In this document: positions 17,063-28,190 of the stretch, piece after piece
Position numbering within the stretch: the first letter of the stretch is position 1
Layout of the letters: each line of letters opens with the position of its first letter
Notes under the pieces: model-generated
Told to the model about the DNA's origin: nothing
Seen by the model: only the letters and a program-made list of their open reading frames with translations
The model's database searches: none
Made by a program: the position numbers and the translations under genes
Assembly: GCA_001779595.1 (NCBI GenBank)
Contig: MFKO01000008.1
Location: 86,869 to 150,868, forward strand
Direction of reading: 5' to 3'
Source: Candidatus Kaiserbacteria bacterium RIFCSPHIGHO2_01_FULL_46_22
GTDB taxonomy: Bacteria > Patescibacteriota > Minisyncoccia > Phycocordibacterales > UBA918
Length of the DNA stretch: 64,000 bases

Positions 17063-18193
17063 ATGATACATACGCAACAAAGAATCTGGACCGAGGCTGA
17101 TGGTTGGTCTGAGCCACAAGGCAATTTGCCAGGACAGCCTCAGCTGGTCTTTGTATTTGGTGATCGAGAATTTGTAGAACGCGAATCGTTGTTTGATCAA
17201 GTTCGCCAATTTTACAAAGACTCTTATATTTTCACCGCTTCTACCGCTGGCAACATCACCGGTAATGAAGTACTCGATAAAGCAGTGACCATATCGGCAC
17301 TATATTTTGAAAAAACTAAAATCTGGTTTGCAGAAACAAATATCGAAAACGAATTTGATAGTTTGAATGTTGGAAAGAAATTGGCAGATTTTTTACCACA
17401 AGAAGATTTGGTGCACTCATTAATTTTAAGTGACGGCATATTCGTTAACGGCACCGAGTTGGCCAAAAGTGTAAACGAACATTTGCCACAAAATGTAACC
17501 GTAACTGGCGGACTAGCGGGCGACGGTACAGCGTTTGGCAAGACAGTGATCGGGGTCAATAATTTGCCACAATCTAGGCGAGTAGCTTTGATAGGTTTTT
17601 ACGGCAAAGAACTTAAAATTAATTACGCTACCGGCAGTGGGTGGACAGCAACTGACAACGTGTTCACCATTACACGTTCTAAAGGAAACGTTTTGTATGA
17701 ACTAAACGGGGAGCCAGCTTTAGATGTTTACAAAAAATTGCTTGGCGACCAAGCGGCTAACCTGCCAGGATCGGCGCTACTTTTTCCGCTTGAGTTACAG
17801 CTACCTGAAGAGGGAGTTGTGACACGCACTATTTTAGGTGTCGACGAAAAACAGAAAAGTATGACTTTCGCTGGTGACATGCCTCAGGGTCTTGTGGCAC
17901 GAATGATGAAGACGACTGCTGGTGACTTGATAGCGCAGGCACACGAGGCCGGCAAAAAGGCTGCCGGTGGTGGTCATGTTGATTTTGCTTTACTTGTCAG
18001 TTGCGTCGGTAGAAAACTGGTATTAAAAGAACGCACTGCAGAAGAGGTACTGGCGGTACGGCAAGCTATCGGTTTAGAAACGCCGGTATTTGGATTCTAT
18101 TCTTACGGCGAACTTTGTCCTGGACAAAACTCTGGCAAACACTGCCTGCTTCATAATCAAACTATGACAGTGACGACTTTCTCTGAAACTTAA
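17063..18193 (+). CDS. FIST N/C domain protein
   Basis: STAGNI, VTGGLAGDG, LYELNGEPAL, SCVGRKLVL and GFYSYGE...LHNQT motifs. Confidence 0.9.
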   Translation: MIHTQQRIWTEADGWSEPQGNLPGQPQLVFVFGDREFVERESLFDQVRQFYKDSYIFTASTAGNITGNEVLDKAVTISALYFEKTKIWFAETNIENEFDSLNVGKKLADFLPQEDLVHSLILSDGIFVNGTELAKSVNEHLPQNVTVTGGLAGDGTAFGKTVIGVNNLPQSRRVALIGFYGKELKINYATGSGWTATDNVFTITRSKGNVLYELNGEPALDVYKKLLGDQAANLPGSALLFPLELQLPEEGVVTRTILGVDEKQKSMTFAGDMPQGLVARMMKTTAGDLIAQAHEAGKKAAGGGHVDFALLVSCVGRKLVLKERTAEEVLAVRQAIGLETPVFGFYSYGELCPGQNSGKHCLLHNQTMTVTTFSET

Positions 18194-18287
18194 ATCTACT
18201 AAACAATAAAAACCGCCGCACTCCACAAGAGTGCGGCGGTTTTGTTATGAGCAGTCGATAAAGTTCTGCACCCAAAATGAATTATGT

Positions 18288-18409
18288 TCGAACCCGTTTT
18301 AAGATGCTGAGCGAGGCGAACGAGGAAAATGTGCCGAGCCGTATATGGACATACGGTGAGGCTCATTTTGCCGAAGTTCAACAATGCTCAGTGCTTAAAA
18401 CGGGTTCGA
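18288..18409 (-). repeat. 3'-UTR structured repeat, copy B
   Basis: Same core as copy A on the minus strand; 16-bp terminal inverted repeat whose right arm is the 3' end of the M23 gene. Confidence 0.7.
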
Positions 18410-19495
18410 GGAGCCGCGGACTTCGAAGTGGAGGTGCGATCCTGTAGATTTTCCACTATTACCAACTGCACCAATAGTTTGGCCAGCTTCTACAGTCGCT
18501 CCAACACTAACCGAGTTGGTCGACATATGAGCATAGAGAGTCTGTACTCCATTAGCGTGTTTCACAACAACATAATTTCCATAACCACCATTCCAACCGC
18601 CACTCTTCGAAACAATAACCTCACCCGCAGCAGCAGAGCGGATCGCGGTACCATTTTGAATCGCTAGGTCCACTGCGTTGTATCCATGAATACCCTGGGT
18701 GCGGACCGCTCCTGGTACCGGGTGTACAAATCCACCACTGCCAGTCGCTGACCCACCACTGGCGGTCTTGGTTGGGGAACTGGTTTTTTTCTGCGGTGTA
18801 GTTGGCGCTGTATGCATCACTCCGCCAGGCACAACTACCGTATCGCCAACATTTATATCAGCCGCTGAAGCAAGTCGGTTATAAGCAAGGATGTCGCTGA
18901 TCATTGCCTCGGTTTGCTCGTCGTTTTCTGCGCCGTATTTCTTGGCAATCGAAGCCAAGGTCTCTTTATCTTTTACAATGTGTCGAATTCCAGTAATAGG
19001 CAAGATGACGAGCTGGTCACCCGGACGAATTAACTTGGGGTCCTTAATATCGTTGGCCCACAATATCGTGTTTATGGAAACGCCGTACATATCAGCAATA
19101 TGTGACAGCGTTTCGCAACGCTCAGGCGTACATTCACGCACAATATGCACACTGATCTCTCCAGACGAACTGACCGCAGAGACATCTGTGTTAAAAGGTC
19201 CTCCCGAAAGTAGCGCGCCCTCCTCGTAAATAATGTCGCCACCACCCTGATTGGTTTTACCGTCCGGACTAACTCGTGCAGAAAGCAACTTCACATCACT
19301 AGCTCCAGTATTAGTAATCTGTCGTTCGTAAACTATCGCCTCGCTATTTAAAAATCCAGCAACCGTTCCGAATACGCTGGCATACGCAAAGAGGGGCAAA
19401 AAAACAATTAGAAACAATGCGACTGCTTCGGCCAAAGAGACGCCGCGGTTGCGAAAAGCAAGAACTTTATCTGTCACCCGTCGCAGTCGGTTCAT
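18395..19495 (-). CDS. LysM + M23 metallopeptidase (cell-wall hydrolase)
   Basis: Two LysM repeats (TLSHIADMYGVS, TLASIAKKYG); M23 motifs HGYNAVD, YAHM and HLHFEV. Start uncertain. Confidence 0.92.
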   Translation of the reverse strand: MNRLRRVTDKVLAFRNRGVSLAEAVALFLIVFLPLFAYASVFGTVAGFLNSEAIVYERQITNTGASDVKLLSARVSPDGKTNQGGGDIIYEEGALLSGGPFNTDVSAVSSSGEISVHIVRECTPERCETLSHIADMYGVSINTILWANDIKDPKLIRPGDQLVILPITGIRHIVKDKETLASIAKKYGAENDEQTEAMISDILAYNRLASAADINVGDTVVVPGGVMHTAPTTPQKKTSSPTKTASGGSATGSGGFVHPVPGAVRTQGIHGYNAVDLAIQNGTAIRSAAAGEVIVSKSGGWNGGYGNYVVVKHANGVQTLYAHMSTNSVSVGATVEAGQTIGAVGNSGKSTGSHLHFEVRGSSNPF

Positions 19496-19756
19496 TCGAC
19501 TCTGATCATCGGGATCGTTTTCTGAATTTATCGTCACAAGTTTGGTGGACTCACCGCCTACTCTATCGGTACGGTAATCGCTGCAAACCAATATGATACC
19601 GGAGTGAAAAGTGATAGCAATTGACGTATTGCACTTTTTACACCGTTGCTAAAAAACGCTATAAAAGCCAGCCTTTACTTGGTATTTTAGGTATTGACAA
19701 CTCCTCAATTAAAATTTTTAATTTTTCATCTTGATCTCATATATAATGAACGCCTG

Positions 19757-21733
19757 ATGAAACACCTAGAAGTATTAAATGAAAAGCAGCGCGAAGCGGC
19801 CGTTACTACCGAAGGTCCTCTCTTGGTGTTGGCCGGGGCAGGGAGCGGAAAGACGAAAACTGTTACCCATCGAATAGTGCACCTCATCCACCTAGGTATT
19901 GCCCCCGAACAAATTTTGGCCGTTACCTTTACCAATAAGGCGGCCAAGGAAATGCGAGAACGCGCTGTCGCACTGATAAAACGTTTTGCAAGACCGGACC
20001 AAATGTCGAGTGGCGGCCAACCATTAGTAACGACCTTTCACTCTTTTGGTGTACGCACGTTGCGCGAATTTCACGAGGCAGTCGGACTGCCGCGCCATTT
20101 CACGATCTATGATCGTTCAGATAGTGGGCGAGCCATTAAGAAAGCGATCGAAGAGTCTGGTTACAATCCAAAAGAGTTTGAGCCGCGGCGTATGCTTTCC
20201 ATCATTTCACGCGCTAAAGGTGACGCGTTGTCGCGAGACGATTTTATGTCTGATGCCGCTAGTTACCCCGATCGCGTGGCTGGGGAAGTTTGGGAAAAAT
20301 ACGACAAACAACTAAAAGACGAGCGCGCTCTCGACTTCGATGATTTGCTTTTGAAAACTTTACGAATGCTGGAATCCAGACCGGAGATACGCCAAAAATT
20401 GCAGGAACGTTTTCGCTACATTCATATTGATGAATACCAAGACACTAACAAGGTGCAGTACGAAATAGCCCGACTATTAGCAGGGGAGCGGCAGAACATT
20501 TGTGTGGTTGGGGACATCGATCAATCTATATATTCCTGGCGCGGTGCGGACATCAAAAATGTCTTGCAGTTTGAACGTCATTTTAAAAATGCCAAAACAG
20601 TTTTGTTGGAAGAAAATTATCGATCAACAAAAACTATAATTGATGCGTCGAACAAAGTGATCGTCAAAAACCGCAACCGAGTTCCAAAAACTGTTTTCAC
20701 TAATAATGATACCGGGGAGAAAATTACTATGTTTGCCGGATTTTCTGGCGCGCACGAGGCTGAATACATCGCTCGTACTGCCAAGAACACAATTGACGCA
20801 GGCGCTTCTCCTTCGGATATCGCGGTATTGTTTCGCACTAACTTCCAGTCACGTGCGCTCGAAGAAGCGTTCCTCAACCTGGATGTGCCTTACCAGGTGT
20901 TAGGCGTAAAATTCTTTGAACGAAAAGAAGTTAAAGATGTCCTGTCTTATCTTAGACTCGCGTTAAATCCTGGTTGTACTGCGGACTTAGTACGGGTAAT
21001 CAATACCCCGGCACGCGGTATTGGAAAAGTCACTGTGCTAAAAATAATCGAAGGTAAGCGAAACGAACTTCAAGGTGCAACGGCTGGCAAGATTGAGGCC
21101 TTCGAACAGATGATGATGGATATCGCTGACGAAGCTCGCACCAAGAAATTATCTGACACATTGAAATTCATCATTGCGCGAACTGGTATTGAGATGACTT
21201 TCAAAAAAGGCGGCACTGAAGAAGATTTAGAGAGACTAGAAAACCTGCGCGAACTGGTTTCGCTTGCCACCAGATATGACGACCGCGCGTCGGAAGAAGC
21301 AGTGGAGGCGTTACTAGAAGACGCAGCTTTGCAAAGTGATCAAGATGAAATCAAAGACAAGGAGGAAAAGGATGCGGTGCGTCTAATGACCGTGCACGCA
21401 GCAAAAGGACTAGAGTTCCCATACGTTTTTATCACGGGACTTGAAGAAGGACTTTTCCCACACGAACGACTAGATCAAAAGGGAGTTGACCAAGAAGAAG
21501 AGCGACGACTCTTTTATGTAGCACTCACCAGAGCGGGCAAAAAAATCTGGCTAACCTACGCACACTCTCGTGTAATCTTTGGTTCCTCACGCGTTAATAT
21601 TCCTTCCTCATTTCTGGCTGACATAGACGCCGACCTAATCGATATGGAAGGAGGCCTGACAGAAGGTTCTGGTAAACGGCGAGGTTTATTGGATGATTGG
21701 GATGATAGTTTTGAAAACGTAATAGAAATTTAA
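19757..21733 (+). CDS. pcrA: ATP-dependent DNA helicase UvrD/PcrA
   Basis: LAGAGSGKT, DEYQDTN, VGDIDQSIYSWRGA, LEENYRST, MTVHAAKGLEF and EERRLFYVALTRA motifs. Confidence 0.95.
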   Translation: MKHLEVLNEKQREAAVTTEGPLLVLAGAGSGKTKTVTHRIVHLIHLGIAPEQILAVTFTNKAAKEMRERAVALIKRFARPDQMSSGGQPLVTTFHSFGVRTLREFHEAVGLPRHFTIYDRSDSGRAIKKAIEESGYNPKEFEPRRMLSIISRAKGDALSRDDFMSDAASYPDRVAGEVWEKYDKQLKDERALDFDDLLLKTLRMLESRPEIRQKLQERFRYIHIDEYQDTNKVQYEIARLLAGERQNICVVGDIDQSIYSWRGADIKNVLQFERHFKNAKTVLLEENYRSTKTIIDASNKVIVKNRNRVPKTVFTNNDTGEKITMFAGFSGAHEAEYIARTAKNTIDAGASPSDIAVLFRTNFQSRALEEAFLNLDVPYQVLGVKFFERKEVKDVLSYLRLALNPGCTADLVRVINTPARGIGKVTVLKIIEGKRNELQGATAGKIEAFEQMMMDIADEARTKKLSDTLKFIIARTGIEMTFKKGGTEEDLERLENLRELVSLATRYDDRASEEAVEALLEDAALQSDQDEIKDKEEKDAVRLMTVHAAKGLEFPYVFITGLEEGLFPHERLDQKGVDQEEERRLFYVALTRAGKKIWLTYAHSRVIFGSSRVNIPSSFLADIDADLIDMEGGLTEGSGKRRGLLDDWDDSFENVIEI

Positions 21734-21738
21734 CACCT

Positions 21739-22563
21739 ATGGTAGTGAAAAAATTTCAAACCAAAAAATCGCTAGGGCAGCACTTTTTGAACAATCCAAC
21801 TGTTCCACGCTGGCTTTGTGACGCCGCAGAAATTAAAATCAAAGATGTTGTATTAGAAATCGGACCTGGCACGGGCGCCCTGACACGAGAGCTTTTGTCA
21901 CGTGGCGCAAAAGTGGTCGCCCTCGAGGCGGACCCGCGAGCAGTCACAGTATTGGAGGAGGAATTTGCATCAGAATTAGAGACCGGCCAGTTTCGCCTCC
22001 ACCACGTTGACGTTCGACGGTTCGATCCAACTACACTCGACCTCAAAGATCACCACTTTAAGGTAGTGGCGAACATTCCTTACTATTTGACTGGGCAATT
22101 ATTTCGCATTTTCTTGTCCGGCAAGACGCAGCCTTCATCGCTAGTCTTTCTGGTACAGAAAGAAGTGGGGAAACGGGCCACTGATGGCTGTGAAAAAGGC
22201 GGTAAAGAATCTCTCCTCTCTCTCTCAATTAAGGTGTTCGGCGATCCTTCCTATATAAAGACAGTTGGAAAAGGGCACTTCTCTCCACCACCTAAGGTGG
22301 ACTCAGCTATCGTTAAGGTGTCGAACATAAGTAGGGATAAGTTAAAGGACCTATCCTTGGAATTATTTTTTGAACTACTGCATTATGGTTTTGGCTCAAA
22401 ACGCAAACAACTAATTGGCAACCTGGCTAAGTATTATCCCCGCCAGACTCTTTTGGAATGTTTTTCAAAAGTTGAAATAGACCCGGCTGCTCGTGCGGAA
22501 GACATTCCTTTGGAGACTTGGGTAAAACTTGGACAATATCTCAAAAATGCTGAGCGGAGCTAA
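21739..22563 (+). CDS. rsmA: 16S rRNA m6,2A dimethyltransferase
   Basis: KKSLGQHFL, LEIGPGTG, VANIPYY and FSPPPKVDS motifs. Confidence 0.96.
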   Translation: MVVKKFQTKKSLGQHFLNNPTVPRWLCDAAEIKIKDVVLEIGPGTGALTRELLSRGAKVVALEADPRAVTVLEEEFASELETGQFRLHHVDVRRFDPTTLDLKDHHFKVVANIPYYLTGQLFRIFLSGKTQPSSLVFLVQKEVGKRATDGCEKGGKESLLSLSIKVFGDPSYIKTVGKGHFSPPPKVDSAIVKVSNISRDKLKDLSLELFFELLHYGFGSKRKQLIGNLAKYYPRQTLLECFSKVEIDPAARAEDIPLETWVKLGQYLKNAERS

Positions 22564-22642
22564 TAATTAGGCGCGGCTAATTTTGGTTAATAACCAGTCA
22601 GAAGGTGACGTCTTGACTGGTATAATTACTCTATATATAGGA

Positions 22643-23491
22643 ATGAGGTTAGATTTTCGTACGATTTTGGCGTTTATTTTTGGCGGTGTTTTGCTCACTG
22701 GTGCTTTCTTATTGAAGCCCGACCGAACCAATCTGCACAAAGAGGGAACGAATGACGAATCTGCCGCTACGCGCAACTTCATTCCAGTTAAAGATAGCGA
22801 CAATAACGGTATTCCAGATTGGCAGGAACCGTTCGCCGTGAACACAATCAACCTGGATGATTTAGGTATGACAAGCGGTGTTAGTACGACAACTGTGACC
22901 GGGCAATTAGTTTCATCACTAGCGGATTATTTAGCAGGCGGAGACAATGATCCAAACTCAGTTCTTTCCTTAATCGGAAGTGAGTTAATGACAAGCGCCG
23001 TCGACTCACAATACGACGACACTGACATAAATATCAGTGAGGACAATAGCCCTGCTGCTTTGCGTAATTACGGCAATCAAGTAGCTTTGATCGCTAACGG
23101 TTATCCATTGCCCGCCGACACCAAAAACGAAATGGTCATACTAAATGATGCATTCTTACACGACGATCCTGAAGCTCTAGAATCTCTTGACCCCATCATC
23201 GCTTCTTACGAAGGGATGCGCGACGATATGTTAGAGCTCAGCGTACCGTCATCTCTCAAACGAGAACACCTGTCACTCGCAAATGTGTACAACGCTTTAG
23301 CCATCGACATCCAGGGTTTTCGTTATGTCTTCGAAGATGCCATTACGTCCACTCTTCGTTTCCGTCGTTATCCAGCAGATCGATCCGCCTTGCAGGCCGC
23401 AATCTCCAACCTATATCTGAAATTGCACCAAAGCGGGATACAATGGAGTGACGAAGACCCAGCCTCTAGTTTTGTGGAGGTAAGATTGTGA
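22643..23491 (+). CDS. Membrane-anchored protein with a Ca-binding DxDxxG motif; first gene of the T4SS-like cluster
   Basis: N-terminal TM; DSDNNGIPDWQE. Confidence 0.7.
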   Translation: MRLDFRTILAFIFGGVLLTGAFLLKPDRTNLHKEGTNDESAATRNFIPVKDSDNNGIPDWQEPFAVNTINLDDLGMTSGVSTTTVTGQLVSSLADYLAGGDNDPNSVLSLIGSELMTSAVDSQYDDTDINISEDNSPAALRNYGNQVALIANGYPLPADTKNEMVILNDAFLHDDPEALESLDPIIASYEGMRDDMLELSVPSSLKREHLSLANVYNALAIDIQGFRYVFEDAITSTLRFRRYPADRSALQAAISNLYLKLHQSGIQWSDEDPASSFVEVRL

Positions 23492-23492
23492 T

Positions 23493-25073
23493 ATGTCTAC
23501 TTACAAATTCTTATTCATAATATTGGCGACAGTCGCGTTGGCTGGAACCACTAACCTAGTAGCCAAAGCACAGCTAGTAGATCCCATCACGCCTCCTAGT
23601 GATGACGGACTTTTAGGTACTCCTAATGATACGGATGGCGAGCCGGTACGAGTAGTGGACGACATCTCCCAAACCTCAGTTACTTCTGTGATCAGGCTTA
23701 CTCTGATATCAGAGAACTCTACCAAAATTCTCGAAGGTATTGAGGCATTGGTTGAAAAAGAAAAAACTCTTGACCCCTCTGCTTGGGCAGCCAGCAAAGA
23801 ATTGCAGCAGCAATTTACGAGCGAGATGTTGAAGTGGCTTGGCGGGCAAGGAGAAGGGCAGGAGGGCAAAGTACCTTTTGTTCAAAACTATGGTGGACGC
23901 GGTCAGGAAGGTCTTGATAAAGTTGCTGGCTCTTATCTGTTTGATAACAAAGCTGGAGATTCCAGTGGACAATGTAATGTGGAGTCATCGCACAAAGTGC
24001 GAACAGCGGTATACAACGCTTACTTAAAAGCACGCCAAGATGCGACCCAGGGTGGGGCACTAGCTTGCCAGACTGAAGAGTCCAGCGAACAAGACCAAAA
24101 CCACACCAGCTTGTTGCACAAGTTATTGGGTGATTTTGCTAGTTGCAAGGATGAATTGTGCCAGGCATTCGATGGTCAGCGTGAATTGTATTCACGAGCC
24201 GCTGTGGCGGAAGCAGATGATAGGGAGGCGATACGAAATGCCAACGGTTTTATTCCACAACGCGTTTGTAAAGACGCTAGCGATACCAACGGTCAAACAC
24301 GTCAAGTTTGCGACATTGTTAGTCCGCCTTCACTGGCGGCCGACGCGGCCTCTTTTGGTCTAGTCCAACTTCCTGGCCTAAGCTTGCTCAATGTCGACGA
24401 GTTTGACGAGGTGGTTTCCAACACAATGTCCAACCTGACCAATCAACTAATCAATGGACAAAACGGTGCACTTGGACTCACTGGCAATCCAGACTACGGA
24501 CAAAATACTTTCGGGGAAAATGGAAATCTTTCCTATGCTGACGCGTTAGCCGAGGAGGATGTCTCAAACTACCAAACTAGTGGTGGCGGTGGTAACAATC
24601 CAATTGATAACAAGATTCGGGTAGAACAAAGATTCCAATCACTAATGGAACAAATAGTGAACACCATCGAAAGACTGGAGACGAAATTGGAAGACAACCG
24701 TCAAGAATTTGGCAGATGCTTTGACTTGGAGTTGCCTAATAGATTGTCTAGCACCAAGCGCGACGCAGTCAATAACTTAGAAGCTACTGTCAGCATCATT
24801 GAAGTATTGAACAATCTCAATCAACAGTACCAAGACGCCACAAGCAGTGGTGCACGAAACGACGTGTTGCGGGCTTTTATGCAGCTCAAAAATCAAGGCG
24901 TATTCCACACCAACCAGGAAAATCGCGAACTTGAACTAACCTTCATTAACTTGACCTTCAAACAATGGGTCGAGCGTTTCAAATACGACACCTCCCTAGA
25001 AAGAAGAAGGTGTGGTGGCGATTTTGATTACGAGGAAGACGAAACCGACGTTGAAGTTGAGATTGAACTATGA
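23493..25073 (+). CDS. Secreted Cys-containing helical protein of the T4SS-like cluster
   Basis: Signal peptide, paired Cys residues and a coiled-coil C-terminus; translationally coupled to neighbours. Confidence 0.7.
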   Translation: MSTYKFLFIILATVALAGTTNLVAKAQLVDPITPPSDDGLLGTPNDTDGEPVRVVDDISQTSVTSVIRLTLISENSTKILEGIEALVEKEKTLDPSAWAASKELQQQFTSEMLKWLGGQGEGQEGKVPFVQNYGGRGQEGLDKVAGSYLFDNKAGDSSGQCNVESSHKVRTAVYNAYLKARQDATQGGALACQTEESSEQDQNHTSLLHKLLGDFASCKDELCQAFDGQRELYSRAAVAEADDREAIRNANGFIPQRVCKDASDTNGQTRQVCDIVSPPSLAADAASFGLVQLPGLSLLNVDEFDEVVSNTMSNLTNQLINGQNGALGLTGNPDYGQNTFGENGNLSYADALAEEDVSNYQTSGGGGNNPIDNKIRVEQRFQSLMEQIVNTIERLETKLEDNRQEFGRCFDLELPNRLSSTKRDAVNNLEATVSIIEVLNNLNQQYQDATSSGARNDVLRAFMQLKNQGVFHTNQENRELELTFINLTFKQWVERFKYDTSLERRRCGGDFDYEEDETDVEVEIEL

Positions 25074-27250
25074 TGAAGCTACTGCAAACATTTCTGTTTA
25101 CTACTACCTTTGCGGTTTTACTCGCGGGAGCTCTGGTGTTAGAAGTACCCAGCGCGCAAGCACAAGGTACTGATCCGGCTCCTACGCAACAAAGTAACCA
25201 ACAACTGGACGAGTCGGGGCAACGGGTGAATATTCCAGAGAAACTACAATTCGGTACCATAGCCGGCTGGGTATACGACGCTCTTAAAACCATAGGTGGT
25301 CTATTTGCTTACCTTGGTGGTAGCTTGCTCGACATTAGCCTTTCCTTGTTCGTGATGGATATGCCGGGTACAGCTGAATCTTGGGGGATTAAGACCGTTA
25401 TCGACGAGATTTGGAAAATGGTCAGAGACATGTTCAACCTTCTGTTCATTTTTGGCATTATTTTTGTTGGCTTCAAACTAATCCTAGGCACCGACGAGAC
25501 CGGGGCAAAACGCACACTTGGTACCATCATCATCGCCGCCCTTTTAATAAACTTCAGCTTATACGCCACCAAGGTAGTGGTAGATTTTGGGAACATAGTA
25601 GCGACGGAAATGGCCACTTTATTGAAAACTGAATCCCCAGAAAACTCTACCGGCACAAACACAGAGAACGAAATTGGCGGACTCAAGATCACCAATATCT
25701 CAGACAGTTTTGTAACTAAAATCAATCCTGAACAAATTGTAAATAATTCGTTTGCTTTAGAGCGAAGCGCTATAGAAAAAGCCGAGGGTACTATCGCACT
25801 TCAAAATGCCAAAAAAACCGAGCTCGATTTGATGGATGCTTTGATAATGGGTCTGACAACGGCTTTTACTCTAACGCTGGTTGGGTTTGTTTTTGCAGCC
25901 GGCGCGTTTTTAATGTTCACACGTTTTATGTACCTGATCTTTTTGATGATGTTTTCCCCAATAATGTTCCTGGGGTTTGTTCTGCCAAACTTTAAAAAAA
26001 GAAGCAGTGACTGGTGGCATAAACTCTTTACACAAACATTGATTGGTCCAGCTTATCTGTTTATGTTGTACATTGCCTTGAAATCACTCGAAAATATAGG
26101 AGACATTCAGTCTGATAGCACCCTAATCAGTTATGTAATGTTGTGCATCGTTGTATGTGGATTCGCTTGGGCCGCCCTTCTTGTCGCAAATTCAATGGGA
26201 GCAATGGGCGCAGATACAGCAATTAAACTTGGATCGGGTTGGGGTAAATCAATTAGAGGGGGAGTTACAGGATTTGCTGGACGAAACACTATTGGTCGTG
26301 TGGCGGACAACTGGAATCGCAATGCAGAAAAGCGAGGTATTTCCGAGCAGAATGTATTTCGCAGGGTAAGCTCAAACTTGGCTGGATCAAAATTTGGTGG
26401 CTCTGCCTCGAGGACTCAAGTGCGAACTGCACAAGAGAAAGCTGACCAAAAAGGGGCACGTCATACGCAACTAACTAATATAAATACCGCCATCGCAGGA
26501 GCCGGTGTTGGTACTACCGAGGATCAAGTGAGGGCGAGTAATGTAGCTATGGAACGAGCCGTTGTTGGTGCCTCTAACGATCAAATTGTTGAGTTGCTTG
26601 GGGAACACAAAGCGGGAAGTAAGGAATACGAAACTATTGTAAGAAATATGTCCGCCAGTCAGTTTGACGCGGCAATGAAGGCCAAGCCAGAAGAGCTAGA
26701 TGACAGTGCCAAAGACCAGATGGCAAAGAGGCGGGCCGAGTTTGTGAAACAAGCTATAGTGTCTGACGAAAACGCCACCGATGCAGCGGCAGTTAGTGCC
26801 GGCATGACCGCTAACATAAAAAACGCAAGCGACGCACAGCTTAAAGTACTAGGTACTGAAGAGATTGCAAAATATGCAGGAGCTTTAAAACAATCCCAGT
26901 TTGACGACATAATGAAAAGCAAAGACTACACCGAGTCCGAAAAGAAACTTTTCAGAGAAAAACGTGAAGATCAACTACTCACAACATTTGCTCGTGACCC
27001 AGCTTCCGTATTCAAAAATTTGCAGGATAAAGATATCGCTAGTCTACCTAAAACTATTTTGCTAGACGCAGAAGGACGTTCTGTTCCGCACATTACCGGT
27101 GGGGCTTTACGAAAGATTGCCGACGACGATAAACTTAACCAGGAGGATAGAATTAGGCTTTTAGATCTAATAACCGCACCTGGTAACACAACCCACCCAA
27201 CAGCCGCTATGTATTTAAACTCCCCAGCAGGCCAAGAAAGATATGGATAA
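25070..27250 (+). CDS. VirB6/TrbL-like polytopic membrane protein
   Basis: WKMVRDMFNLLFIF, IIIAALLINFS and RFMYLIFLMMFSPI multi-TM pattern; large cytoplasmic tail; sits upstream of prgI/virB4. Confidence 0.75.
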   Translation: MMKLLQTFLFTTTFAVLLAGALVLEVPSAQAQGTDPAPTQQSNQQLDESGQRVNIPEKLQFGTIAGWVYDALKTIGGLFAYLGGSLLDISLSLFVMDMPGTAESWGIKTVIDEIWKMVRDMFNLLFIFGIIFVGFKLILGTDETGAKRTLGTIIIAALLINFSLYATKVVVDFGNIVATEMATLLKTESPENSTGTNTENEIGGLKITNISDSFVTKINPEQIVNNSFALERSAIEKAEGTIALQNAKKTELDLMDALIMGLTTAFTLTLVGFVFAAGAFLMFTRFMYLIFLMMFSPIMFLGFVLPNFKKRSSDWWHKLFTQTLIGPAYLFMLYIALKSLENIGDIQSDSTLISYVMLCIVVCGFAWAALLVANSMGAMGADTAIKLGSGWGKSIRGGVTGFAGRNTIGRVADNWNRNAEKRGISEQNVFRRVSSNLAGSKFGGSASRTQVRTAQEKADQKGARHTQLTNINTAIAGAGVGTTEDQVRASNVAMERAVVGASNDQIVELLGEHKAGSKEYETIVRNMSASQFDAAMKAKPEELDDSAKDQMAKRRAEFVKQAIVSDENATDAAAVSAGMTANIKNASDAQLKVLGTEEIAKYAGALKQSQFDDIMKSKDYTESEKKLFREKREDQLLTTFARDPASVFKNLQDKDIASLPKTILLDAEGRSVPHITGGALRKIADDDKLNQEDRIRLLDLITAPGNTTHPTAAMYLNSPAGQERYG

Positions 27251-27752
27251 CATAAGTAAGCGATCAGAGTTGTATAAAAATGCTCCGGAAAACATCCGGG
27301 ATATATACGCGGGTGAAAAAACCGGTGAACTACTTAGAAGTGCGGCAGATTCGATTGGTATAACTGATAGGGTAATTTACAAAGACTTTGCTTTAACGGT
27401 TGGTGACGTCATCCTTGGCTTATACCGTAAGGAGCAACTCGGTCAGCTTTTGCAGGAACGCCTAAGCTTCACAACAGAGCAAGTGGACAAAGTTTTGATC
27501 ACTTTAAACGATCTTATAAGATCAGTGCCTAACAACGAGAATGCAGAGCTGCCCACTCCTACCGTTTTGGCGCCTTCTACACCGAGCGTAGTAGTGCAAA
27601 CACCTATTACCAAACCTCTTCGCACCTTTGCCGAAGACGCCAGTCTAAGTCGAGCGCATGGCTATGGCGCATTTCGAAGTCCTGAAAATACAGAAGGGGC
27701 AGGGGCCGAGACCATTCACCGCTCCAATCAGGATGATATAATCAAGCAATGA
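27243..27752 (+). CDS. Hypothetical protein of the T4SS-like cluster
   Basis: Overlaps both neighbours; VGDVILGL helical domain. Confidence 0.7.
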   Translation: MDNISKRSELYKNAPENIRDIYAGEKTGELLRSAADSIGITDRVIYKDFALTVGDVILGLYRKEQLGQLLQERLSFTTEQVDKVLITLNDLIRSVPNNENAELPTPTVLAPSTPSVVVQTPITKPLRTFAEDASLSRAHGYGAFRSPENTEGAGAETIHRSNQDDIIKQ

Positions 27753-28159
27753 GGTTCGAAGTTCCGCAATTTATTGAGATTGAAGATAAAATTTTCGGTC
27801 CTTTAACGTGGAAACAATTCGTTTACGTAGCTGGTGGCAGCGGACTAGCCGCTGTGCTTTTCTTTTTTACACCCTTTTTGGTGTTCCTACTGCTGGGAAT
27901 ACCAGTTGCAGGCCTGACTTTCTTGCTTAGTTTTTATCCGGTTAATAACCGGCCTTTCTCCATCTTTATGGAATCGGCTGTTAGCTACTTGCAAGGTGCC
28001 AAACTTTATTTATGGCGGAAACGAGGCACTGGTGTTTATAGTGGAGCCGCTCCCGACGAGGCAGGTGCCCCGGTCTATATGCCACCATCTCCCGAAGGGA
28101 ATATCGCTTCCATATCAAGACGCCTAGAACTGAAGGCCATTCAAAAAGACACTCGCTAA
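27749..28159 (+). CDS. PrgI family protein (VirB3-like)
   Basis: FEVPQFIEIEDKIFGPLTWKQF followed by two TM segments. Confidence 0.88.
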   Translation: MRFEVPQFIEIEDKIFGPLTWKQFVYVAGGSGLAAVLFFFTPFLVFLLLGIPVAGLTFLLSFYPVNNRPFSIFMESAVSYLQGAKLYLWRKRGTGVYSGAAPDEAGAPVYMPPSPEGNIASISRRLELKAIQKDTR

Positions 28160-28190
28160 ACGTCTCGCGAGGGATGTTATTATTATCGGG

